NCBI GenBank assembly: GCA_016748015.1 | Contig: JAAOMT010000681.1 | Location: forward strand, 71,605 to 135,604 | Length of the DNA: 64,000 bases | From: Geosiphon pyriformis uo1 | Lineage: Eukaryota; Fungi; Glomeromycota | Direction of reading: 5' to 3' | Shown here: positions 50,410-61,420 of the stretch, piece by piece | How positions within the stretch are numbered: position 1 is the first letter of the stretch | Layout: each line of letters begins with the position of its first letter | Program-made: the position numbers and the translations under genes | Notes under the pieces: generated by a model | Database searches by the model: none | Told to the model about the DNA's origin: nothing | The model's input: only the letters and a program-made list of their open reading frames with translations

Positions 50410-51740
50410 ACTAAGTAAATTTATTTAGCATTGCTGTAATAATTACCATAACTATTCAAAGTAAGTGAAGTAAATTATTATTGTTATATTGATTGTCGAG
50501 GCTATTCAAAGGTAAGTGAATCTGATTATTATTGTCACATTGATTGCCATAACTATTTAGAGATAAGCAAATTTGATTAATATATTCGTGTAAATTGTTA
50601 TAGCTGTTGTTACCGGAGGTTTTTGGTCTCTTCTTAGCTCTTGTATGTTTGTTGTAATACTGTTAATTCATGACTATGAGAAGTGTTTGAACCTTCAATA
50701 ACTGAATTTTATCTTCAAATTATTTTCTATAATTTAAACTGCTGGGCTTATAGTGGAATGGCCAATTCCATGCCAGTTGCTTTGTATAATTATATTGTAG
50801 TAAACGTCAACTCTTTTCCAGGAAATGCTCATCTGGAAGCTCACTAAAAATGTGTAGTTACTTTGCTGTAAAAGTCAACTCTTCTACAAAAATCTCGTCT
50901 GTAGGCTACCCTAATGATTGTATAAAAAAAAAGAAAAAAAATGCAAAAGAAAATAAAAGATGATTTATGAAAGTCATTTTGGATCCAGGCTTGGAAGTGT
51001 TTCAACAGTTTACTGAAATTGGTAGCTAATCAATTTCAAACTGTTTAGTAGGAATTGGTTAATTTCAAAAGGAAAATAATTAAGGATTTGGTTTTTTCGA
51101 ATTATTTGATATTTATTTTGTTTTTGTGTGTAAAGAATGATTTTAATTGTTAAATCTGAAGTAAGATACATTTTCTCAAAGAAAAAAGCTCTTCTTTTAT
51201 ACAACTTGTCATAACACTATTCTATGAACTTGAACTTTGCTTTTTTCTACAATTTCACTGAACTAAAGATACATTTCAGTGAACTACAAGTTATTTTGCA
51301 AACTATTAGATATTTTGGTGAACTATCAATTATTTTGGCGAATTTCTACAAATTTCAGCGAACTTTTGAATGTTACATATTTTGGGATATTGCATGATTG
51401 ATCATCACAATTAGGTTACATCTGTGTTATGTACAAATTGGATTATTAATTAAATGATAATTTTGGACATTTTGCTAATATAATAAGTGATAATTTGAAA
51501 TGATAATATATGCTAATTAATGATAGGAGTTATAAAAATAATTTCATGCTAAATAATATTTCTAATTTTGTCTGGTAATACTGTCTAAAGGTAAGTGAAT
51601 TACTATTGTTGCATTGATTACTGAGACCATCCAAAGGTAAATGAATTTGATTATTATTGTTGTATTGATTGTTGAGACTATTAGGAGGTAAGCAAACTGA
51701 ATTATCATTGCCATGTTAATTGTTGTGGCTGTTTAGAGGT
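50410..51740. repeat. 51-bp (17-codon) tandem array, ~7 units, split by a solo LTR
   Basis: GTAAGTGAA-type motif recurs at 50461, 50512, 50563, 51591, 51637 and 51688. Confidence 0.8.
50608..51580 (-). repeat. Solo LTR of the E1 family
   Basis: TGTTACC...GGTAATA termini; high similarity to 40-1021; perfect 4-bp TSD CTGT; no internal sequence. Confidence 0.93.
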
Positions 51741-51802
51741 ATTTTTTAAAAATGTAAAAATCTCAAATTAAATTTTCACTATCTATTTTGTTTAAATTCT
51801 AG

Positions 51803-52255
51803 AAACTTTGCAGCAATGGATAAATTAAGAAATTGCTACATTCACGGCAAAAGTGTTAATTAGGACACAAGTCAAGTTGTCAAATTATATCAAAAGACAA
51901 GTGATGCAGAGAATTCTGCTACAATGAACAATTTAGGTTATTGCTATCAGCATAATGAAAGTATCGATTAAAACAAAAGTCAAGGGGTCAAATTATATCA
52001 AAAAGCTGTTAATGCAAGAAATTCTGAAGCAATAACTCGATTAGGTTGTTGCTATTAATATGATAAAAGTGTCAATTAAGACATAGATCAAGCTGTCAAA
52101 TTGTATCAAAAGACAAGTGATACAGGAAATTCTAAAACAATAACTCGATTAGAACATTGCTACTTTAATGGCAAATGCATCAATCAGAACACAGATTAAA
52201 CTGTCAAATTGTATTGAAAAGTGGCTGATGTGAGAGATTCTGGAGCAATAAATTA
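51803..52255 (+). pseudogene. Four Sel1-like repeats (108-bp units), decayed gene fragment
   Basis: Reads e.g. MNNLGYCYQHNESID*NKSQGVKLYQKAVNARNSEA, matching the 36-aa SLR consensus; possible splice acceptor TTCTAG at 51802. Confidence 0.85.
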
Positions 52256-52619
52256 GATTTAGAAAGTAAAGATAAAAATAAAGATGAATCTTTGTCCTTG
52301 CTATCTACACATTAAAGTAAAACTGCAATTGAAGATACATTGTACTATTGTGAAGAGCACTATAGTGAAAAAGTTGATTCAGACTTTTTTAAAACTTTGA
52401 AAATATTAATTCATAATACTGTTCTCAAAGTTCAAGAAGAGAAAAAACAGTTGCAAATAGATAGCTTTTTTAAATAAAATATATATAATTAGTTATTATA
52501 TTATGCATGTGATATATAGATTATGTGATAAGATATTAATCATTTTTTATAGTCTCATTTTTCTATAGTCACCACAAATGTGCTGACCAAAAAGTGTGAT
52601 TATAAAGAGAGTTTACTAT

Positions 52620-54850
52620 ATGTTTTTTTTATTTAAGTTTTATAAATATAGTCTAATTGTTATTTAGTACATAAAACCAGATTAAATAACTTAAACTAAA
52701 TACAATTTATGTTTTTATATATGTAACTAGTTATTTGAATCAAACAAAACAATACTATATATTTATACAAATACTAATATTATCATTTAAACTAAAAAAA
52801 AAACACATTTTATACTTACTAAAGCTAACTACAAAAAACTCAATAATATCAAGCAATTAAATCATTTTATTTGACAATACAGCCATTATATTACGATATT
52901 AACTTACTATCTTTGATTAATTCAGTTTTTTTTATATTAATTATTTAATACTTATAAAAAATATTAAAATATTTTAAATATGTTAATTTAAAAAAAATTG
53001 TTTATTATAATTAATATTTTTTATTTTAAAAATAATGTATTTATTTATATCTAATTTTTGCTAATTATTTGTAATATTTTTTAAGTTTTATACTATATAC
53101 AAATTAATTATTAAAAATTAAGCAAATATATATTTTAATAGTTTATAAGTTAAAATTTTATATTGATTTTATAAATATAAAATTTATTATTTGATATTTT
53201 GTTTATAATAAAAATTTTTTCTAGTAACTTAAAAATTTATTTTATAATTATTGTTTTATTTAAATAATATTTTAAAGCTAAATTATTAATACTTAAAAAA
53301 AGTATTTTATAAATTTTTTTTGAGTTTTTTTTAAATTTGTTTAATTTTTAAAAATAATTATTTATGTCTTTATTAATAGATTTAAAATAATATTTATAAT
53401 GTATTTTTGTACTTTTTTTGTAATTATTTAAATAATATTCTTTTAATATTAGTTTTTATTAATAATAATAATATTTTTTATAAAGTAAATAGAAAAATTT
53501 ATAATTTATTATATTATAATTTACAGTTTTATGGATAAATAAAATTAAAAACAATATTTTATTTTACAAGTTTGTTTTTTTATTGGTTTTGATTAATGTT
53601 TTTTATAATATTTTATAATATTTTTCTATTAAATAATGTTTTTTTATTGTTAAGTATAATTTAATAAATTTGAAAAATCTAATAAGTATAAAATAAATGT
53701 TTAAATCTATTATTATATTTAATATAATAAAAAAACTAATTTTAATTTAATGTTATTATTAAATATTAATCTAAAATATATATTAATATTGTATTTCATA
53801 GTTATAATTATTAAATAAAGTATTTGATAAATTATTTTTTTATCTTTTTTTTATTGTACAATTAAATCAATTTTTAATAATTTGTGATTAAAAATTTAGT
53901 ATTTAAAAAATAATATAATAAAAAAATAGGTTTAAAAAATCTTTTAACAAATTTTAGATAATAAATAAATAAATCAAAAAAAGTATAATTATATATATTT
54001 ATATATTATTTGTTTTATAAAACTTTTTTAATCTTGCTTAGATTAAAAACAATGTTATATTTTATAATAAAATATTCAAAAAATTAGATAAATTGTTTAA
54101 AAACAGATTTAATAAAATTAATTTTAAGACCAATATTTTTTAAAAGATTAAAAGCTTTTTGTAAATACGTAAAATTTTTATTTTAAGTTTTTGAAAATAT
54201 TATTATACCATTTATATAAATTAAAACAAAGTTTTTGTTAACTAATTTAAATACTTTGTTTATTATTTGTTAATTTAAAAAATATAATTTTTCTTGAAAA
54301 TTATTATTATTATTAGAAAAACTTATTTATTTTTGGTTTTTTGCATAAATTTAAATTTTTTTATTTTGATTATTATTTTCTTAATTAAGATTCTTATTTT
54401 TATAGTTTTAATAATATGTTTAATTAAGTTTGTTTGTTTAAAAGAATTTTTTTTTTTTAATAACTGGTTTATTATTGACCAGTAAGTTTTTAATGTCTTT
54501 TTTTATTTTTTAAAATTTATATAGCTTAACATAATTTTATATAACTGTTATATATTTTAAGTTCTTATTAAATTTTTTTTTGATTTAATACATAAAAAAT
54601 AAAATCATTAAATTTGTTTTATTTACAAATTAAATATATAAACTTTTATTTAATAAGTTTAAAATTAATATAAAGTTACATATATTTATACAAAATAATA
54701 ATAAAATATATTTTAATACTGATGTAATTTTTTCTAATTTTAAAACTTACAATTATTTTTATTTTACAATAATAAAACAAATTTTTTTCAATATTAAAAT
54801 ATATAAAACAATAATAATGTTAATTTAAAAAATAATTATTAAATAACAAT
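52620..54850. other. Extremely AT-rich tract, probably fully decayed repeats
   Basis: Two sampled 60-nt lines each contain only 3 G/C; no credible ORFs. Confidence 0.55.
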
Positions 54851-54989
54851 TATATTATATAGGCATATTGCAGGGGTTAAAAACTCTGATTATCGTTATA
54901 ATTTAACAATAGATCTGAAACGCCATTGACACGAACCAAACATATATTAGGCCATATCTTCCCAAACCATAACAAACACCCAAAACACC

Positions 54990-56931
54990 ATGGCGAGCGT
55001 TGAAGATATTAAACTTGAATTAAGAGATGTTAAGACCGAATATAAGAGATGCGTGGAGGAGCTGAAGGGAAAGAGTGAGAAGCTGGGTGAGAAGGGAGAT
55101 AAGTTAAGTGAATTGAAGAAGTTGAGAGAAGAGAAGTATGAGAACGAAAACCAAAAGAAAGAGCTAGAAAAGCAAAAAGAAAAGCTAGAAGAAGTGAAGG
55201 AGGTAAAAACGAATAAAGATAGATGGGAGTTGCAGATGCAAAAACGGCAAGATAACTTTATGGAAACAAATAAGACAGGTAGCAACTTAATGACTTGAGA
55301 CATAGAGTAGAGCTTAAGAAAATTTGTAAATTCACTTTTCCATCCATACTACTATTCATTTATTTTGTAATCATATGCGTTTTATGGAAGGAATATCCAT
55401 ATTTGAGAGAATATTTGGTTATTATACTTATTTCTTTCAATTTTCCATTCTAGAACATCTTGCGAAGCGTGCTAGACTTTACATGCCTGTTTACATGCCT
55501 GACAACACCATATCATTTCTACAACTCCTCTGTCCTCCCTTCGTTGAACCAATCACACTCGGCAATCTTGAACACTGTTTTACCTCAGCGTTACTTCAAA
55601 AATTGCCAGCTATACCCCATCTTTGCCGGGACTATGGAAATTATCTTGTACCTATAAATTCAGATGCTTTCTACAATGTTCCTAGATTGTGTGCAATCGT
55701 CAGTAACATTTTCAGCAAGTTCTATACCGAATGTTCTAGGCAAGAAGGATTAACCAAAGATGGTATCAATAATCATATTTTGGACATGATAACATTTTTA
55801 AGCCAATATATCGCAACTCCATATCTAAGTTGGAAACGTAATGAAAGAACAGGAAAGAAGGTTCGGCCAGATATCACAGTTTATTGCAACAACTTGCTTG
55901 TAATGAATGGTGAAGAAAAAGATGTTCGGGACAAATTATTAATCGCAGCACAAAAACTGGATGGTTATTTTCCATTTTGGAATCCACTTACCTTCGGTAA
56001 CTTACCATTTGTTCTAGCCCTTGCGGCGGGAGGTACACATTTGCAATTTCACTATTACTACGTGGACGATACAACAGGCTTGACACCAAGACGTCAGACA
56101 ATTGGCGAACATCTGAGCCTTGACAGTCCAAACCGAGTATACAATTATCAAGTGCTTCAGTACACAATCAATTTTTTTCGGATTCTTCGGACTTTGTGTC
56201 GAGATCAGTACATCACAGCTCCAATATTGGGGCTATACGAGAATATCATAGAGTCACATTTTAGTATTACAACACTCCCCCACAAGATCGTTAAAAAAAT
56301 AGATAGACCAAGCATTGTTGATCTAGATTTCCATAAAGAATTTTACCAAAATACGCTTCCAGGCTTAGGGCCAATCAGGGTTCTTGACTATTACCTTACA
56401 AATCACTCAGTGGTAGTACATTTGGCTCCAGTTGGCTTTAAGAGATATCCTGAATGTGAACCCGAGCTGCGAGATGCTATACGGCATGTACTTGTAACGC
56501 TAGAAAAACTTCATAAGATGAACGTCGTCCATCGGGATATTCGCTGGGATAATGTTTTAAAACTCCTGGATGATAGTTGGATGTTAATTGATTTGAAGAA
56601 GCTGCTCCCTTAGGAGCTTCAAGGTACAGTGATAAAAGAATTTCGACTTACGGTTAGACATGTTTGCTAATTGTTGCTATTTACTTTACAAAGAGATTCA
56701 TTGGTTATTGGAGCTCCAGAATATGAATCGGGGCAAGACTTTTGTAGCGCTGCAGGCGATATTTGGATGGTTGGAAATCTTTTCAACCATATTCCACTTT
56801 CTTCATCCGCTCAACAGTTTAGGGAAAAATTGATGAACGAAAATCCTAATAGTCGACCGACTGCAGATGATGCTCTAAAAGATGAGTGGTTTAATTTGCC
56901 AGAGGAGCAATTATCTATAATGCAAGTTTAG
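54990..56931 (+). CDS. Crinkler-type REase + protein kinase gene with coiled-coil N-terminus; exons 54990-55278, 55454-56623, 56694-56931; 1-nt frameshift at 56592-56594
   Basis: Two phase-consistent GT-AG introns; RPD...GEEK PD-(D/E)xK motif; HRDIRWDN, ID(F)EE, APE, DIWMVG and RPTA kinase motifs; KRARL NLS-like motif; CpG-rich. Confidence 0.8.
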
Positions 56932-57789
56932 ACTTTTAAACATCCCATATTAAATGTACTGATGTTTAATTATGTTATTATTTGCTTAAATCAATCTTAA
57001 TTTTCAAATTTGTCATGCTTATCTTTGTTTTTTTATATTTTCGGAATTAAAAAAGTATTTTATTCAAAACAATAGCTTTTTTATTTTATTTTTTTAGCTG
57101 TTAATGACTGAATTTTTTACTCCAGATTTTTTAAATAACACATTATTTTCAGTATAAATAACATGAAATGCTTATTTTAATTTGTAATAGTTTTAAGTTT
57201 AAAATATTAATATTAACAATTTTATAAAAAAACAAAATTTGATTATGCATGTAGCCAGTTATCTAAATTAGTTAAAACAACATTACATTTTAAATAAAAT
57301 ATTTCTAATATATTATATATATGTTGATTATTAATAAAAAATGTAAAAAAATTTTATATTATTAACTAAACTTAAGTAATTAAAAAAATTGCAATTTTAT
57401 TCTTTAATTTAATATTATTAAACTTGTTATTTTTGGTATAATTGCTATTTTCAAATTTATTTTATGAATTATGTTAACTTTACAAACTTTTTTTTGTATA
57501 TAATATTATTCAAATAGAAAAATAACAAAACATCTTGTAATTAAACAACCAAAAACTTGAAAACTATTTTTATTTTTATATTAAATTTATTTTATTGTAA
57601 ATAAAAATTACTATTTTAACTTATAATTATTATTAATAAAATAACATATTTAAAAAATATTATTAATTAATAGCAGATATTTAAAGCATAAAAAAAGTTA
57701 ATAAAACTATTAAAATCTTTTTTTTGTTAATTTTTTGATCGTGATAAAAGCTAAAATATACCAAAAAAATAATTTTTCTTATTTTTTTT

Positions 57790-60105
57790 TTTTTTTACAG
57801 TTTTACAGTTATTTTTTTAAATACATTTTGTTTATAGCTATAGAATCAGTAGACTCTTCTGTTAGTAAATTAGTATCTGGTTTAATTGATTTAAGGACTT
57901 AGTCTGAAGTTAAAAATAAGCATTTGGAAAATGCTCACTTACATAACATATTATATAAAAAACCAAAGAAGTCTATTATTGTTAACAATATAGTTAAGTT
58001 GTTTATTGGTCTTTTAAGTTTTGCAGATATAAAAACCAAAAATATTAAACCTATAAAATCTTGAAACAGTAAAATAAACAGTAAAATAAACAGTGTTAAT
58101 AAAATCTTAAATCTAAAAAATATGAAGTATAAAGTTGCAAAGAAGACTAGTTATGCAAATTAAATATTTCAAAGATTAATAATATAATAAATAATGTTAT
58201 ATTCAAAAGAACATACACTAAAATATATATTTTAGATAGTCAACTAAAAAAAATATTCTTTAATGACTTAAGTAATAATACTAACAACATTCTAACATTT
58301 TTGAATTTTAAGTTTTTTAATGACAAACATTTGTTAGCAATTGTGTTATGTGTTTTAAAAAAAAATTTTAAGCCAATTAAATCTTTTACACTAGATATTA
58401 AGTTATTAATTGTGTCTGACAAAATATCTGGAAATAAATTGTTAAATATGAAAAAAAAATTTTATTACATTAATGGTTTTAAAAAGAGTGTTTATTTTCT
58501 TAAAAATTTCAGAAATTATTAAATTATTTTTTATATTGGAATCAAATTTAAAAAACCTAAAGACATGATAATTTGTAAAAAAATTTTGGTTAATAATAAT
58601 GTTAAAAAGATCAGTAGTTATACAGATTAAAAAATAATAGTCAAGAAAATTTCAATTAATTTTCTGAAATCAGCTGTAAAATTAGTTTTTTCTAAGTTTG
58701 GTGCTCTGTTAGTGTTATTAGTAATATTGCTGTATATTTTCTGGCTTTGAATATAAGTGTTGGTATTGGAATTTGCAATCTGGTATTTTCTATTATGACT
58801 AAGTTGCAAGCTGTTGTATTGTTTTTAGAGTGTGTTCTGTTATCATGTTTTTTGGTTTTATATCTCAACAGTCAAGCTGTTATTAATACATATGTGTCTG
58901 AAATGTTGTTTGCTATGCCAAATTTTCATAATCAATGCTGGATTGAAAGAAAGCATATTTTTAATTTGATTAGGAATAAAGATTTTATGATGAGTTGGAT
59001 TAAGATTAAAGATTATTTTGGGGTTTGTGGTAATGTAAAGTCAGATGCCACTATAAATGTGGCTGTTAGTTTTTTTTTTCTTTGCCAGTAAGAGTGCAAA
59101 AACGTTTTTTGATGGCTGAAAATACTGTTATGTCTGACAATACTTATCATTTTGTTAGGAAAGTTTTTTAAGTTTGTTTGTCATAATTGTTAAGAGATTG
59201 GTCCTGGCTGTAATATAGTTTCTAATATGTTAATCAAGAATATAGATTAAGACATTACTACAAAAGTCTAGTATTTTAACTCACACATATTCACTGGTTT
59301 TATTAATTAGAAGTTATCTAGTCTTTATACATACTTGATAAAAGCTGTACACAAACAGTTACTAATAATTATTAGAAAAAAGTTGTTTGATAAAAAATAT
59401 CCTGGTGTGCTGTGTTTGTTATATAATAAGGTAAAGTTATCAGATTCTGTTTTCACTTGTGCACAAGATATTAGTATTCAAGAAGAGATTTTGGCTAAGG
59501 CTTCCATGTATTGAGTTGCTTTAGCAAACACTTGTGGTTTGTCTTTTTCTACTGTTTTATGGGTGCTTTTTTGTTGTTTATTAAATGTTGAGACTTATGC
59601 AATTGTGTACAAAAAGTTTGTGCTGAAAAATTGGTATATGGAAACTATTGAGATTTTTAATAATAAAAAAAAAACCACTTCTGCTGTTGTTAATTTTGTA
59701 AGGTATTTAGTAAAGTTGTATTATTCTAAGATCTGGTTAACAAAGCCTAAGTTTAGAGTTAATATAAAAAAAGCTAGTTTGGTTAGAAACAGCAGTGTGA
59801 TGTTTGGTTTGTAATATAGTTTGGTATTAATGTTATCAGATAGTATGATCAGGATGCTTAGCATTATTGAATCTTTTGCTGTTAGTTTTGGCTGTCATAA
59901 GTCATGTTTTTTTTTCTGGTCTAGATTGCAATATAAGTATTAGTATAGATATATAGTGTTGTTTTGTCTGGTCTAAATGGCTAGTCATATGTAGTAAGTA
60001 TACGAATTATGTTAATTTAAGCCACTTAGTCTGGTTTTATGTACTAGATAGTAATTAAATTTCATTCAATAAATAATAATAATAAAAATAAAATAAAATA
60101 AAAAT
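57790..60105 (+). mobile_element. Internally deleted LINE (ORF1 N-terminal half joined to RNase H and 3' end)
   Basis: ORF1 up to FSKFG (~58702), then directly RNase H (MTKLQAVVLFLECV, LNSQAVI, WIKIKDYFGVCGN), 3' UTR and A-rich tail. Confidence 0.75.
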
Positions 60106-60310
60106 TTTTAATAAACAAGTTAATTTCAAGTTAAGAAATATAATTTAATTAAAAATTTGATATTATAAAAGTTTAATTTTTTTTTAAAAAATAATATTAG
60201 AATTATTATTCTATTTTTTTATAAAATTATTAACTTATTTATTAATCTATTTATTAATTTAGTTATTTAATTTAATTATTAATTATTATATAAACAAAAA
60301 AATAAAAAAT

Positions 60311-61420
60311 TTCTTTTTTTTTACATTTCAAATCTCTTAAAGAGCATATTTTTGATAAAAAAGTTTTTTGTTTTTTCTTGTTTTTTTTATTCAATAACTT
60401 TATTATAAATTTAAAAATTGTTTTAAGTAATAGCATATCAAAAAATAAATATTCAAAGAAGCTTTTTATAATTCTGTTGGTAACTTTCTTGTTTAGAAAA
60501 AAAAAGTAGCTTTTGACAACATTAAATATTTTGGTAATAAGAAAGATATATCTTTAGTTAAGTCTGGTTTTAATAATATTTACTCAGATTTAAACAATGA
60601 GTCTAATAGTAGTAAAGACAATAATATTATGGAAGACATTAATAGTGTGTTTTTTTTAAGTTTAGTTGCAGCTACATTCAAAGCCCAAAAAATAATTAGT
60701 AATATAAATTGTGGCTTCTTCTTAGGTTTTTTCAAATTTAATATGAAAGAGAAAATTGATTTTTTTTTATTTCTTCTTAACATTCTCTTAAACAAAAAAT
60801 AGATTAACTTTAAAATAGTAAAGACTTTAGTTGAAGTGGCTATTAAAAAATCTTTCACTTTGGATATTAATTTGTTAACAATAGAAGACAAATTAGCAAT
60901 AACTAAAACACAGACAATTAAAAAGTTATTTTTATTAATCAATAGTTTTGAAAAAGTTATTACTTTCTTAAAATTTGAAAAAATTATCTGATTAATATTC
61001 AAATCAAAAAAAAGTATAAAAAAACTATGTTATTAACTAAAAAAAAAAGAATCAAAGTAAACAGTAATTTTAAAAAACAAAAAATTAGATCAAATTAGAT
61101 TGTAATAATAATAAAAATTTTTATAAATACACCAAAAAAATTATTATTACTACAGTATTTAAGTATGACCAAATTGTATTAATCAAATTACAACTTATTA
61201 GACTATAACAGAAAACTGTAGTGGAATTTATTGAATTGGCTTAAGCAAATTAATTAACAGCAAAGTAATTATTCTTAATTAAAAAAGATTCAGTATATAT
61301 AGCCAAAGCCATAAGAAATTATAATATTTAGATATTAAAAAATTAATTTAGAGCACTTTTGTTTATTCTGTCTGTAAGAACAACTGTTTATAATTTAAGC
61401 ACTTTATTAAAAAGAACTGG
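60311..61420 (+). mobile_element. Decayed 5' part of a LINE of the 11274 family, interrupted by E6
   Basis: Colinear with 11274-12430 (5' UTR, KSFTLDIN, FRALLF) but strongly AT-shifted. Confidence 0.8.

Larger units (their letters stand above)
49931..52618 (+). mobile_element. Non-autonomous pogo/Tc1-mariner-type TIR element with captured cargo
   Basis: TA on both sides; TIRs CAGTGAACTCTTTCTATAGTC and (reverse complement) TAGTAAACTCTCTTTATAATC; subterminal TATAGTC repeats; transposase-like tail 52262-52477 ending KKQLQIDSFFK*. Confidence 0.8.

Noticed and set aside
50410-51740. CRISPR-like array
   Set aside because: The whole 51-bp unit is repeated with no unique spacers, there are no cas genes, and the context is eukaryotic.
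54947-55303. Antisense F/S-rich ORF and other short opposite-strand or I/F/K/N-rich ORFs
   Set aside because: They are shadows of real frames or products of AT-biased decay, with no motifs.
55375-55453. ATG 55375 as the start of the kinase gene
   Set aside because: It lies inside a phase-consistent GT-AG intron joining the 54990 exon.
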